Of a DNA stretch of 64,000 nucleotides, positions 53,638 through 63,841 are shown piece after piece. The DNA comes from Planctomycetota bacterium (GTDB taxonomy: Bacteria; Planctomycetota; Planctomycetia; Pirellulales; UBA1268). The stretch covers positions 3,382-67,381 of the forward strand of contig VGZO01000004.1 in assembly GCA_016872555.1 (NCBI GenBank), read 5' to 3'. Under the pieces are notes generated by a model, which ran no database searches, was not told the DNA's origin, and worked only from the letters and a program-made list of their open reading frames with translations. Position 1 is the stretch's first letter. Each line of letters starts with the position of its first letter. A program made the position numbers and the translations under genes.

Positions 53638-56600
53638 TCAGGGGGCGATGATCCGGTGGTAGCGCGCGAGGTGGTAGGGGAGCAGGTACGACGTCCCGTC
53701 GGCCAGGCGCCGCCCCTCGCCGCCGCTGTCGAGCCGGTAGGGATCGTGGTTCCAGTGGAACACGGTCCGTTCGTCGACCGGCAGCACCTTGCCGTCACGG
53801 CGCACGCCGACCGCGCCGTGGGCATCGGGGCGCACGTGCCGCGGCAGGAGGGCGACGTCGTGGCGGTGGGCGTTCTCCAGCCGCCAGTCGACGAGGTCGA
53901 GCGGAAAGCGGCCCAGCGTGTCGAGCGTGTCGGGGAGCCAGTCGGCGGGATCGGGCTCGAGCGCGGTCGTCCCGTAGGGATCGGTGAACGAGGCGTCGCG
54001 CAGGCAGACGGCGGCGATCACGTTGAACAGCGGGTTGCGCTCCGGCTGCTCGAGCTGCCAATAGCCGGCGAGTGACCGCTGCCACGCCTGGCGGAGCCGC
54101 GGGTCGCGTTCCAGCCGGACGAGGTGGTAGTAGCCCATCAGCGCCATTTCGTCGTCCGATTGGTTGCCGCCGCCGACGCCGGGGGTGATCTTCGGCACGA
54201 GGACGTTGGTGGCGTAGCCGTGCTCGTCGACGAGCTGGCGGGCGAGCGTGCGGTAGCGCTCGTCGCCCGTGACGTGCGCGGCGACGGCGAGGTAGGAGAG
54301 GATCGACAGGCTGTTGAGCCCGCGTCCCTCCCACCAGTCGAGCGTGCGGTTGAGCTGGCGCGGGCCGAACTGCGCCCAGCGTGTCGGCGTGCCGTCGATG
54401 TCGACCAGCGCCCAGTCGTGGGCGATGAGATGGTCGACGATCCCACGGACGACGGCGGCCACCTCGGCGCGCTCCTCCGGGCCGCGCGCCACGAGGTCGT
54501 GGTAGACGCCGTAGAAGAAGAAGTGGCCGTCGAGCTCGTCGGAGCTGGTGTCGGTCTTCCAATACCAGCGGCCGGTGCGGTCCCTCGGCCAGCGCGGCTC
54601 GAACACCTTCCAGCGGGCCTCGCGCTGCCGCTGCCGCTCGTCGCGCGCGGCGTTGTCGCGCGTGTTGGGATCGAAGCCGCCGACCGGGACGACGCTTCGC
54701 GCGGGGAAACCGGGGGGCGGCGCCGGGGCCCCCCCGCGGGTGACGTCGCTGAGGAATTTCACGGCCCGGAACGCCTTCCGGGCCCGCTCCCGGGATCCCT
54801 CGTCGCCGTCGGCGGCATGGGCGAAGCACTGCGCCGCACCGTACATCGACGTCCACAGGCCGTCGTTGTCGTTGTCCTCGGTGGTGGCCGTGGCGACGGC
54901 GCCGGGAGCGTCGAGGTTGGCTTCGACGACGTAGCCCAGCTCGGTGCGCCGGTGGAAGCGGTCGATCGCCTCCTCGTAGGCGGCGGCCTTGTCGGCCAGC
55001 GTCGTCGCCCTCAGACCAATGCCACCGACACCGGCAGCGCCGGCGAACCACGCCGTGCCGTCGGCGCCGACGGCGACGGCCGCCAGGTCGTCGCCGGGGA
55101 GCCAGCGCCTGCCCTGGCGATACTCGACGACGCCGTCGCCGACGTGGACGGCGCCGCGCTTCGTCGCCAGCCAGATGTCGCCGTCGGGGCCGGCAGCGAT
55201 CCCCGTCAGTGCCGTCACCGGGAGCTCGTCGCGCTCGACGAACCGCCAACGCCCGTCCTCGTCGCGCACCGCGAGCCCCTGCTCGGCCCCGCACCACAGC
55301 CGGCCGCGCGCGTCGTAGGCGATCGCGGCCAGACCGGGCGGATCCCAGCCGCGTGTCTCGTCGCGGATCCGTAGCATGGCCCAGCCCGCCCCCAACGCGG
55401 CACGCTCGTGGACCCGGTCGTCGACGACCACAGCCAGCTGCTCTCCCGCCCCCTGCGCTGCCGCCACCGGCGCGCCGGCGGGAAGCGGCACGGAGCGCCA
55501 GCGCTCGCCGTCGCGCTCGAGAACGTCGCGCGGGGTGACGACGACCAGCCGCGGACCGTCCGGGAGGAACAGCGGTGTCGCGCCGTCGGGGAGCGGGACG
55601 AGGGTCGCCGTGGCGTCACCGCCGATCTTCGCCAGGTAGCGCTCGCCGCAGGCGTGGAGCGCCCCGGCGGCGTTGGCCACCCCCCGGGCGGGACCAGGGA
55701 GCCCGTCGACCCGTTTCCACGTGCCCGTCGATCGGGTCCACAGTTCCCCGTCGACGACGATCGCCAGCGTGTCTCCGACCGCGGCCACGTCGGTGGCCGC
55801 GGCGCCCGCGTCGGGGAGCGCGGCATCGACGCGGACCTGCTGCGCGAACGTGCCGACCGTGACCGGCTTCGCCGTCGCCGCGACGATCCCGGGGGGCAGT
55901 CCGGGGATCGAGCCCTGCGGATCGACCGTCACCGGCAGCGCCGGTTCGCCGCCGCGGGTGATGGCGACGGGGCGCGAGCCGCGGCCGGCGGCGTCGAAGG
56001 CGCGGAGTTGGACCGGCGGGCCGGCGCCGCCCGCCAGCGCCACCGGACCCTCGTAGAGTGGCGACGCGGCGGTGGGGAGCGTGCCGTCGGTGGTGTAGCG
56101 GATCGCCAGACCGGGCAGCGCCGTCGAGGCGGCGAGGCGCCCGCCATCGATCGCGGCTCCCGGCGGTGGCAGGCGGTAATGGCGGCCGTCGTCGGCGAAC
56201 GCCAGCCGCGGCAACTCGCGCCGGCCGATCGCATTGGCGAGGAGATTCCACCCGGCGCCGATCGCGGCATCGCGGGCCGGGCTGCCGGGCATCGTCTCCC
56301 AGGGGCGCTCGGCGCTCCAGGCGGTGTCGGCGAAGGCGATCAGCCGGGGCAGCAGGTAGTACTCGAGCATCTCCCGCCCCTTCACCGTCTCCCCCCACAG
56401 CTGCGCCTGCACGCCGCGCACCCGCCGCCGCCCCTCGGGCGTGAACGCGGCGGCCTCGCGCGCGGCCCGGTCGGCATCGAACGGCGTGCCGTATTCATCG
56501 CGGAGCGTGGTGCGGACGTAGTCGAACGGCGCGAACGCGTAGGCATCGCGGGCGGCGACGAATCCGGCCCACGACAGCCCCGGCTCGAGCGGGTCCTTCT

Positions 56601-58590
56601 CGCAGGCCAGGTCGAGGTAGAAGTTGGTGACGTTGCAGAGGACGACGTCGTAGCCGGCATTCGCCAGGCGGATCCCGACGTCGCGGTCGAAGAGGTTGTT
56701 CCAGACGTAGATCTCGACGTCGTCGGCCGCGAACCGCGGGTCGACGACCGGCGCCACTGCCGGATCGGCCGACTCGCGGCGCAGCGCCACCTCCTCCCAG
56801 CCGAGGACGCGCAGCCCGCGCGTCCGCAGCGTGTCGAGGAGCCGGCCGAAGAAATGGCCCTGGAGCCGGTCGGCACCGCCGATCTCCGGCCGCCGCGCGA
56901 GGAGGTCGGCCGCCAGCGGCGAGCGGCGCCACGCGCCGAGGGGCACCTCGTCGCCGCCGGTGTGGATCGAGTCCATCGTCAGCCCCGCCTCGGCGTACAT
57001 CTTCGCCAATTCGTCGACCACCTTCTCGTAGAACCGGTAGGTCGAATCGCGGGCGACCGAGACGACGTTGTCGCGGTAGCTCTGCGCCGAGCGGTAGACC
57101 GACGTGTCGAGTGGATCGACGAGCCGGTACTCCTCGGCGGCCTCGGGCTGGCCGGCAGCCATCAGCCTCCGGTGGCGGGCTTCCATCGCCTTGATCGCCG
57201 CGCGGGCGTGGCCGGGAAAGTTGAGCTCGGGGATCACCTTCACGTGCCGGGCGGCGGCGTGGCGGAGGATGGCGATGAAGTCGTCGCGCGAGTAATGGCC
57301 GCTGCCGTGGCGGCCGGGATCGTCGGCGAACGGGCCGGAGCCGTAGGCCGGATGGACGACCGGATCGTCGGGGGAGTCGGTGTGGCGCCGCCGGGCCCCG
57401 ACCTCGGTGAGCTCGGGCAGCCCGGGAATCTCGATCCGCCACCCCTCGTCCTCGGTGGTGTAGAGAAGGAGACGGTTGAGCTTGTAGGCCGCCATCAGAT
57501 CGATGACGCGCTCGATCGTCTCGCGGCTCTGGAAATTGCGGCTGACGTCGACATGGAGCCCGCGGTGCGGGAACCGGGGCCGGTCCTCGATCTCGATCAC
57601 CGGCACGCGCACCTCGGCGTCGGGACGGCGCAGCGACTCCCAGGGGAGGAGGTGGAGGAGGCTCTGGGCGCCGTAGAACACCCCCGCCGGATCGCCGCCG
57701 GTGATCGTGATCCCGTCGGCCGCGACCGCGAGCCTGTATGACTCGGCCGCGCCTCCGTCCCGGGCCAACCGGATCACCGGCCCCACGGCCCCTTCCCCGG
57801 CCGTGCGGACCGCCACGACCGGCCGGTCTCCGAGCTGCCGCGCGAGCCGGTCGGCGAGCCAGACTGCCGTCGGCTCGAGATCGGCCGGGCACTCGATCGG
57901 CCACGCTGCTGTCAGCCGCGCCGTGCCGGCGCCGCGCCGCACCGCCACCGGCGTCGGCACGACGGCCGGCATGTCTTCGTCGGCGACGAGGTGGAGCTCG
58001 CGGTCGGCCTCGAACCGCTCGCGCGGCGTCGGCAGCGGGTGGCGGTCGCGCGGTCCGCGCCGGGCCTGCTCGCGGCGGACGAAGGGGAGAATCCGGTAGT
58101 CGGCGACCGCGGTGATCCGCGGCTCCCCGCCGGCGGCGTCGCGGACGACGACATACGGCCCGAGCGGTGCGTCGCATTCCTTGGCCACCGGCTCGACGCC
58201 GGCATAGCGCACGTCGACGGTCGCACCGGGCTCGAGGCGGAAGCCCGGCGCCGGGCGAAGGCGGTACCAGTCGCCGTTGAGATGCTCGACGACCGCCGGC
58301 TGGGGGCTCGGGTGGGGGCGTAGCTCGCGTGGCGCCATCGTGAAAAACAGCGTCCAGCCGTCGTCACCGAGCGGCGCGGCCGAGACGTTGGTGAGCGTGA
58401 ATCGGGCCTCGAAGTCGCCGTCGCCGCCGACGGGAGGGGCGTTGGCGATCAATTCCCAGCGCACGGCCAGCGGGCACTCGGCCGCGATCGCGCGGAGCGG
58501 AGCCGCCACGGCAAACGCCAGGCAGCCGAGAACGGCGACGACGGCCCCCGGCGACCGCGGAGCGCGAACAGTCCCACAGCGAGTCGGCAT
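53638..58590 (-). CDS. 1650-aa secreted multidomain glycoside hydrolase: GH20 beta-N-acetylhexosaminidase, chitobiase-C-like domain, propeller-like region, large C-terminal alpha-helical domain
   Basis: Inside ORF 53638..58731. ATG at 58590 has GAGG upstream and a signal peptide. GH20 blocks are RPRFPHRGLHVDVSRNF and IHTGGDEV. LAIRYTTDGTLPTAASPLYEGPV is a CHB_HEX_C-like block. DGDIWLATKRG-type propeller repeats are present. The last 550 aa or so are unassigned. Confidence 0.8.
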   Translation of the reverse strand: MPTRCGTVRAPRSPGAVVAVLGCLAFAVAAPLRAIAAECPLAVRWELIANAPPVGGDGDFEARFTLTNVSAAPLGDDGWTLFFTMAPRELRPHPSPQPAVVEHLNGDWYRLRPAPGFRLEPGATVDVRYAGVEPVAKECDAPLGPYVVVRDAAGGEPRITAVADYRILPFVRREQARRGPRDRHPLPTPRERFEADRELHLVADEDMPAVVPTPVAVRRGAGTARLTAAWPIECPADLEPTAVWLADRLARQLGDRPVVAVRTAGEGAVGPVIRLARDGGAAESYRLAVAADGITITGGDPAGVFYGAQSLLHLLPWESLRRPDAEVRVPVIEIEDRPRFPHRGLHVDVSRNFQSRETIERVIDLMAAYKLNRLLLYTTEDEGWRIEIPGLPELTEVGARRRHTDSPDDPVVHPAYGSGPFADDPGRHGSGHYSRDDFIAILRHAAARHVKVIPELNFPGHARAAIKAMEARHRRLMAAGQPEAAEEYRLVDPLDTSVYRSAQSYRDNVVSVARDSTYRFYEKVVDELAKMYAEAGLTMDSIHTGGDEVPLGAWRRSPLAADLLARRPEIGGADRLQGHFFGRLLDTLRTRGLRVLGWEEVALRRESADPAVAPVVDPRFAADDVEIYVWNNLFDRDVGIRLANAGYDVVLCNVTNFYLDLACEKDPLEPGLSWAGFVAARDAYAFAPFDYVRTTLRDEYGTPFDADRAAREAAAFTPEGRRRVRGVQAQLWGETVKGREMLEYYLLPRLIAFADTAWSAERPWETMPGSPARDAAIGAGWNLLANAIGRRELPRLAFADDGRHYRLPPPGAAIDGGRLAASTALPGLAIRYTTDGTLPTAASPLYEGPVALAGGAGPPVQLRAFDAAGRGSRPVAITRGGEPALPVTVDPQGSIPGLPPGIVAATAKPVTVGTFAQQVRVDAALPDAGAAATDVAAVGDTLAIVVDGELWTRSTGTWKRVDGLPGPARGVANAAGALHACGERYLAKIGGDATATLVPLPDGATPLFLPDGPRLVVVTPRDVLERDGERWRSVPLPAGAPVAAAQGAGEQLAVVVDDRVHERAALGAGWAMLRIRDETRGWDPPGLAAIAYDARGRLWCGAEQGLAVRDEDGRWRFVERDELPVTALTGIAAGPDGDIWLATKRGAVHVGDGVVEYRQGRRWLPGDDLAAVAVGADGTAWFAGAAGVGGIGLRATTLADKAAAYEEAIDRFHRRTELGYVVEANLDAPGAVATATTEDNDNDGLWTSMYGAAQCFAHAADGDEGSRERARKAFRAVKFLSDVTRGGAPAPPPGFPARSVVPVGGFDPNTRDNAARDERQRQREARWKVFEPRWPRDRTGRWYWKTDTSSDELDGHFFFYGVYHDLVARGPEERAEVAAVVRGIVDHLIAHDWALVDIDGTPTRWAQFGPRQLNRTLDWWEGRGLNSLSILSYLAVAAHVTGDERYRTLARQLVDEHGYATNVLVPKITPGVGGGNQSDDEMALMGYYHLVRLERDPRLRQAWQRSLAGYWQLEQPERNPLFNVIAAVCLRDASFTDPYGTTALEPDPADWLPDTLDTLGRFPLDLVDWRLENAHRHDVALLPRHVRPDAHGAVGVRRDGKVLPVDERTVFHWNHDPYRLDSGGEGRRLADGTSYLLPYHLARYHRIIAP

Positions 58591-58921
58591 CGTGGTCACC
58601 TCGTCGGGATGGACGCACCCGCCGGTCGAAATGTGGCCGCAGCACGCCTGCCCCCACGATACGAAACGACCGCGGTGAAGCCACTGCCTCGAGTGGATGG
58701 ACTGGGGCGAAAGCAGACGCCGACGCCACATCGAAAAAACCGATACATGACCAAGGAATTACATGGAAGGCTTCTTTCCCGGGGCTTCTGTAACTTAGAA
58801 ACTTAGTTGGGGTCTAGGGGATTTCGCGACTGGCGTGCCGGTCCCGGACGTCTTCCGCGTGATTCTCTCGCTTCCCCCGACGTGTCATTTCGGTCAATTC
58901 CTCGAGGCGGAGGACATCATC

Positions 58922-60025
58922 ATGAAGTACTCGGATTCCGGTTCGGTCAGGGGCGTGCGGCGGGGCTTCACCCTCGTCGAGCTCCTCGTCGTGATCGCGA
59001 TCATCGGCACGCTCGTCGGCCTGTTGCTCCCGGCGGTCCAGGCGGCGCGCGAGGCCGCCCGGCGATCACAGTGCACCAACCACCTCAAGCAGTGGGCGGT
59101 TGCCAATCACAACCACCTCGATTCGTTCAAGAAGCTGCCGTTCGGCATGTTGCGGCGTGACGGAACGGGCTGGGGCCACCCCGAATGGGATCGGGGCGCA
59201 CCGACCTGGGACCGGCGGTATGCGCTTCTCTTCCAACTGCTTCCGTACGTCGAGGAAGTCGCCTTCCACCGGGCGTGGGACCAACTCGTGTTCAGCAACA
59301 ACCAGCGTTCCAACACGATGTTCGGTGGTGACGGCACGACGATGAATCCCACCAACGGCACCGCGGCCGTCGGTCAGCGGTTGGCGGCGATCCTCCGCTG
59401 CCCATCGAACGTCGGGCCGGAATGGAACGAAAGCCACAGCACCACCGGTAACGGCGTCTACGCCCGGGCAGACTATTTCGCCTGCGCCGGTCGGCGCGGG
59501 TATCCCGGCTTCAGCAACACGCTCCCGTCGCTGTGGAATCCGCTCGGCCCCGGGACGGACCACCCGCGGCCGCCGGGAAGCGCGACCTCCGCGCAGCAGG
59601 CAGCCAGCGACGGCATCTTCACCCGCAACGTCGCGCGAAGACTGGCGGAGATCTCCGACGGTACCAGCCGGACGATCCTGATGGGCGAGCGCAGCAATTA
59701 CGACCCGGTCTTCGACCGCTGCGGCCCCGAGACCGGCTGGTCGACCACGAAGATGGCGAATTGGAACTGGGTCTGGTTCGGCGCCGAGGGGAACGCGTTC
59801 CTCGGGACTGGGGTGCCGATCAACATGCGGATCCGCGACTGCGTCGAGTACCGGACTCCGATCCGCTACGACGATCGGATCAACGCCTTCGGCAGCCAGC
59901 ATCCCGGAGGGGCCGTGTTCGCGTTCGCCGACGGATCCGTGCGGTTCCTCTCCGAGTCGCTCGACCAGGCGACGTTCATCGCCCTCGGCTCGCGTGCCGG
60001 CGGTGAGTCGAACGCCAGCGACTGA
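58922..60025 (+). CDS. DUF1559 protein with prepilin-type N-terminal cleavage/methylation domain (H-X9-DG family)
   Basis: Inside ORF 58835..60025. ATG at 58922 has GGAGGA about 10 nt upstream. [36 protein letters not shown] and the C-terminal [19 protein letters not shown] are present. Confidence 0.9.
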   Translation: MKYSDSGSVRGVRRGFTLVELLVVIAIIGTLVGLLLPAVQAAREAARRSQCTNHLKQWAVANHNHLDSFKKLPFGMLRRDGTGWGHPEWDRGAPTWDRRYALLFQLLPYVEEVAFHRAWDQLVFSNNQRSNTMFGGDGTTMNPTNGTAAVGQRLAAILRCPSNVGPEWNESHSTTGNGVYARADYFACAGRRGYPGFSNTLPSLWNPLGPGTDHPRPPGSATSAQQAASDGIFTRNVARRLAEISDGTSRTILMGERSNYDPVFDRCGPETGWSTTKMANWNWVWFGAEGNAFLGTGVPINMRIRDCVEYRTPIRYDDRINAFGSQHPGGAVFAFADGSVRFLSESLDQATFIALGSRAGGESNASD

Positions 60026-60049
60026 GCCGCGAGTCACGTCCGTCGTGTT

Positions 60050-60078
60050 CCCCGGGACCGGCAGCGCCGGTCCCGGGG
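60050..60078 (+). terminator. Perfect 12-bp stem hairpin after the DUF1559 gene, terminator or attenuator candidate
   Basis: CCCCGGGACCGG-cagcg-CCGGTCCCGGGG starts 25 nt after the stop. It is followed by ..GATCGGTTTCG, a short T tract. Confidence 0.45.
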
Positions 60079-60189
60079 GATCGGTTTCGCCTCCGGGATA
60101 GGGGGCCGTCGCGAGCCCGTGTCGGAGCGACGGCGTCGGGCCGCGAGCAGCACCGTGTGATCGTGATCCTTCTGGAGTCAGTCCCGACG

Positions 60190-60642
60190 ATGACGCGTGC
60201 AGCCGTTCGTGCCGCCCTGGCGGTCGCTCTCATCGGTGCGTCGGGCTGCGGCCCGAGCTACAAGGTCGCCGAGGTCACGGGCAAAGTCACTCTCGACGGC
60301 ACTCCGCTCGAGATGGTCCGGGTCGAGTTCCTCTCGGCGAATGGACCGCGGTCAACGGGACAGACCGACGACTCGGGGCAGTTCACGCTCACCCTCGACG
60401 TGCCGAAGGCGCCCAAGGGTGCGATCGTCGGGGCGCACAAGGTCGTGCTCCTCGACCTCTGGCCGACCAAGGATGACAAACTCAGCGAGAGCGGCGTGTG
60501 GATCGACAACTCGAATGGCAAACTGCCGCGGATCGACTCCAAGTACTACGACGTCAGCACGTCGCCGCTGACCGCCGATGTCAAGGCCGGCGAGGTCAAC
60601 CAGATCGAATTCACGGTCGACCCGCGGAAGAAGAAGCGCTGA
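60190..60642 (+). CDS. Small lipoprotein with carboxypeptidase-regulatory-like beta-sandwich domain
   Basis: Inside ORF 60157..60642, ATG at 60190. Lipobox is LIGASGC. GKVTLDGTPL..DDSGQFTL pattern is present. This is the usual partner downstream of DUF1559 genes. Confidence 0.65.
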   Translation: MTRAAVRAALAVALIGASGCGPSYKVAEVTGKVTLDGTPLEMVRVEFLSANGPRSTGQTDDSGQFTLTLDVPKAPKGAIVGAHKVVLLDLWPTKDDKLSESGVWIDNSNGKLPRIDSKYYDVSTSPLTADVKAGEVNQIEFTVDPRKKKR

Positions 60643-60778
60643 CGCTTCCGATCGGCTCGGCGACCCTCGGCCCCGGCGGTGGGTTCGACGCCACCGCCCG
60701 GCCGACGCTACGATCCCCGTCGTTGGGACCGGTCGGTTCGGGCCACCGCCCCATCGCATCCCCGGGGAAGCCCGTGCC

Positions 60779-62002
60779 ATGAGCGACACCCGGAACGCCA
60801 CCTCGCGGCCGCGTCTTGCCGCCCTCGACCAATTCCGCGGTTACACGGTCGTGGGGATGATGCTCGTCAACTACCTCGGCGGGTTCGCTGCCTGCCCGCG
60901 GATCCTCCGCCACACGCACGACTACTGCAGCTATGCCGACACGATCATGCCGCAGTTCCTGTTCGCGGTCGGGTTCGCGATGCGGCTCACGTTCGGGCGG
61001 CGCTTCGAGCGCGAGGGAAGCGCCGCCTATGGCCGGGTGGTGCGCCGCCTCCTCGGCCTCGTGCTCGTGTCGCTGGTGGTCTACACCGTCGGGAGCCGGG
61101 CGCCCTCGTGGGAGCAGTTGTCCAAGCTCGGGTTCTGGGGCGCGATCGGCGAGCCGCTCAAGCGGACCTGGTTCCAGACGCTGATGCACATCGCGGTGAC
61201 GTCGCTGTGGATTCTCCCCGTGGTCCGCGCCACCGCCGGCGTGCGGATCGCCTGGATGGTGGCCTCGGCCACGGCCCACGTGATCCTGTCGTGGTGGTTC
61301 AACTTCACCTGGGTCAACGCGCCGCCGGCCGGGATCGACGGCGGCCCGCTCGGCTTCCTCACCTGGACGATCCCGGCGATCGTCGGCACGCTGGCCTGCG
61401 ACGAGTTCGCCCCGCGATCCGCCGCGGCGGACGGGCGGCCGGTGCCCCTCGGCCGGATCGTCCTCTCGGCGGCCTCGCTGATGGCGCTCGGCTGGGGGCT
61501 GTCGTGCGGTACGCGCGCCTACGACGTGCCGGCGACCACGACCGCCGCCGTCACGCCACTGGCGTCGGACGGGGTGATCCCGACCGCGGAGCGGATGGCG
61601 GCCAAGCGGGCCACGGCGGCCGGCGTCGGGGCGTGGCTCGCCGAGGCTCCGTTCGTCCCGCCGCCGCCGAAGACACAGCGTCAGGGAAACTACTGGATGA
61701 TGAGCCAGCGCGCCGGGTCGCTGTCGTATCTCGTGTTCTCGGCCGGGTTCTCGCTCGCGGTGTACGTCCTGTTCCACCTCGCCTGCGACCGCGGCGGCCG
61801 GCAGCTTCCGCTGTTCACGACGTTCGGTACCAACGCGATCCTCGCCTACGTGCTCCACGACATGGTCGGCACCGCGGTCAAGGGATTCGTGCCCAACGAC
61901 TCGCCGGGCTGGTACGTGACCGCGTCGCTGCTCGTCTTCGGCTGGATCACCTGGCTGTTCATCCGTCACTTCGAGAAGGACGGCGTCTACCTCCGCGTGT
62001 AG
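60779..62002 (+). CDS. Heparan-alpha-glucosaminide N-acetyltransferase-like (DUF5009/DUF1624) membrane acyltransferase
   Basis: Inside ORF 60578..62002, ATG at 60779. RLAALDQFRGYTVVGMMLVN N-terminal block, multi-pass membrane profile and a conserved His in ILRHTHD are present. Confidence 0.65.
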   Translation: MSDTRNATSRPRLAALDQFRGYTVVGMMLVNYLGGFAACPRILRHTHDYCSYADTIMPQFLFAVGFAMRLTFGRRFEREGSAAYGRVVRRLLGLVLVSLVVYTVGSRAPSWEQLSKLGFWGAIGEPLKRTWFQTLMHIAVTSLWILPVVRATAGVRIAWMVASATAHVILSWWFNFTWVNAPPAGIDGGPLGFLTWTIPAIVGTLACDEFAPRSAAADGRPVPLGRIVLSAASLMALGWGLSCGTRAYDVPATTTAAVTPLASDGVIPTAERMAAKRATAAGVGAWLAEAPFVPPPPKTQRQGNYWMMSQRAGSLSYLVFSAGFSLAVYVLFHLACDRGGRQLPLFTTFGTNAILAYVLHDMVGTAVKGFVPNDSPGWYVTASLLVFGWITWLFIRHFEKDGVYLRV

Positions 62003-62041
62003 CCCGAGGTCCGCGCGACCTTGGCCCGCACGCCGGCAGCC

Positions 62042-63841
62042 TCATCCCACGGCGCGGCGGAACGTCAGCCCGGCGACGAGGATCCCCACGGCCGTGGCGG
62101 CGAGCGCCATGGCCAAGCCGCGGGAGTCGCCATAGATCAGATAGCCGGTGGCGAACAGGCCCCCGTAGATCGCCACGCAGCCGGCGACGGCGAACACCAA
62201 CTCCACCGGGAGTTTCCAGCGGGCGTCGAGGGCGGTGAGCCGCCCGGCCGCATGGGCTCGATCGATCACCGCCCTCCAGCCCGGCCCTCCCGGCCGGGCG
62301 CGCTCGACGAACCGCTCGAGCGTCGCCTGCGACTCGGCAGGGCCGAACAGCGCCGCCGCCAGCCAGGCGACGGTCGTGACGCCGACGATCCAGAGGAACT
62401 GCTGCCATTCGGCAGGCACCACCACCCCCGGCGTCTTTCCCGCGACGAAGAACCCGGCGGCCAGCGCGAACGACACCGCCATCGCCACGATCTCGGCGCT
62501 GGCGTTCACGCGCCACCAGAACCAGCGGAGGATGTAGATCAACCCCGTGCCCGCCCCGACCGTGAGGAGCACCTTGAATCCCTCGTAGACGCTCTCCAAT
62601 TGGAGCGCGATGAACGCGGCCAGCGCCATCAGCACCACCGTCATCACGCGCCCCACCGCCACCAGCTCGCGCTCCGGGGCCCCGGGCCTGACGAAGCGCA
62701 GCCAGATGTCGTTGGCGACGTACGACGCTCCCCAGTTGAGCTGCGTCGAGATCGTCGACATGTAAGCGGCCGCCAGCGACGCGGCGACCAGCCCGAGAAG
62801 CCCGGCGGGCAAGCGAGTGAGCATCGCCGGGTAGGCGAGGTCGTCGCGGACCAGCGCGGCGTCGACCGCGGGCAGCGCCGCACGGAGCGCTGCCTCGTCG
62901 GGGTATAGCACCAGCGACGCGAGGGCGACGAGGATCCACGGCCAGGGACGCAGCGCGTAGTGGGCGAAGTTGAACAGTAGCGTCGCGCCCGTGGCATGGC
63001 GCTCGTCGCGGGCGGCGAGCATCCGCTGGGCGACGTATCCGCCCCCCCCCGGCTCCGCCCCCGGATACCACGCTGCCCACCACTGCACGGCCAGCGGGAT
63101 GATGAAGATCGTCATCGCCAGGTCGCGGCCCGCGGTGGTGGAGAAGTCGAGCGCCGGCCACATCCCGGCCTTGTCGCGGACCACCGGGTGGCTCATCAGC
63201 CCGGTGATGCCCCCCACCTCGGGCACCCCGAGGGCGACCACCGCGGCGGCCACGCTACCGAACATGGCGACGATGAACAGCACGAAATCGGTCACCAGCA
63301 CGCTCGTCAGCCCGCCGGCGGCGCTGAACACGACGGTCGCCACCGTGGCGAAGAGGATCGTCTCGACCGCCGAGAACCCGAACATCACGCTGCCGATCTT
63401 CACCGCGGCGAGCGTCACGTTGGCCATCACCAGAACGTTGAACACCAGGCCCAGGTAGACGGCGCGGAACCCGCGGAGGAACGCCGCCGGCGGGCCGCCG
63501 TAGCGCAGCTCGTAGAACTCGACGTCGGTCACCACCCCGGTACGGCGCCACAGCTTGGCGTAGACCGCGGCGGTGACCATCCCGGTGAGGAGGAACGCCC
63601 ACCACACCCAGTTCCCCGCCACCCCCTGCTCGCGGACGATGCTCGTCACGAGCAGGGGCGTGTCGGCGGCGAACGTCGTCGCCACCATCGACGTCCCCAG
63701 CAGCCACCACGGCTGGGTGCGCCCGGAGAGGAAGAAGTCGGCCGACGAGCGTCCGGCGCGGCGGGCGACGGCCATCCCGACCGCGAGCGTGAAGGCGAGG
63801 AAGCTCCCGACCACGACCCAGTCGAGCGGTTGCAGGCGCAT
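62042..63841 (-). CDS. Sodium:solute symporter (SSS/SLC5) family transporter
   Basis: ORF 62042..63841 with ATG confirmed. DFFLSGRTQPWWLLGTSMVATTFAADTPL block is present, with about 13-14 hydrophobic segments. Confidence 0.85.
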   Translation of the reverse strand: MRLQPLDWVVVGSFLAFTLAVGMAVARRAGRSSADFFLSGRTQPWWLLGTSMVATTFAADTPLLVTSIVREQGVAGNWVWWAFLLTGMVTAAVYAKLWRRTGVVTDVEFYELRYGGPPAAFLRGFRAVYLGLVFNVLVMANVTLAAVKIGSVMFGFSAVETILFATVATVVFSAAGGLTSVLVTDFVLFIVAMFGSVAAAVVALGVPEVGGITGLMSHPVVRDKAGMWPALDFSTTAGRDLAMTIFIIPLAVQWWAAWYPGAEPGGGGYVAQRMLAARDERHATGATLLFNFAHYALRPWPWILVALASLVLYPDEAALRAALPAVDAALVRDDLAYPAMLTRLPAGLLGLVAASLAAAYMSTISTQLNWGASYVANDIWLRFVRPGAPERELVAVGRVMTVVLMALAAFIALQLESVYEGFKVLLTVGAGTGLIYILRWFWWRVNASAEIVAMAVSFALAAGFFVAGKTPGVVVPAEWQQFLWIVGVTTVAWLAAALFGPAESQATLERFVERARPGGPGWRAVIDRAHAAGRLTALDARWKLPVELVFAVAGCVAIYGGLFATGYLIYGDSRGLAMALAATAVGILVAGLTFRRAVG

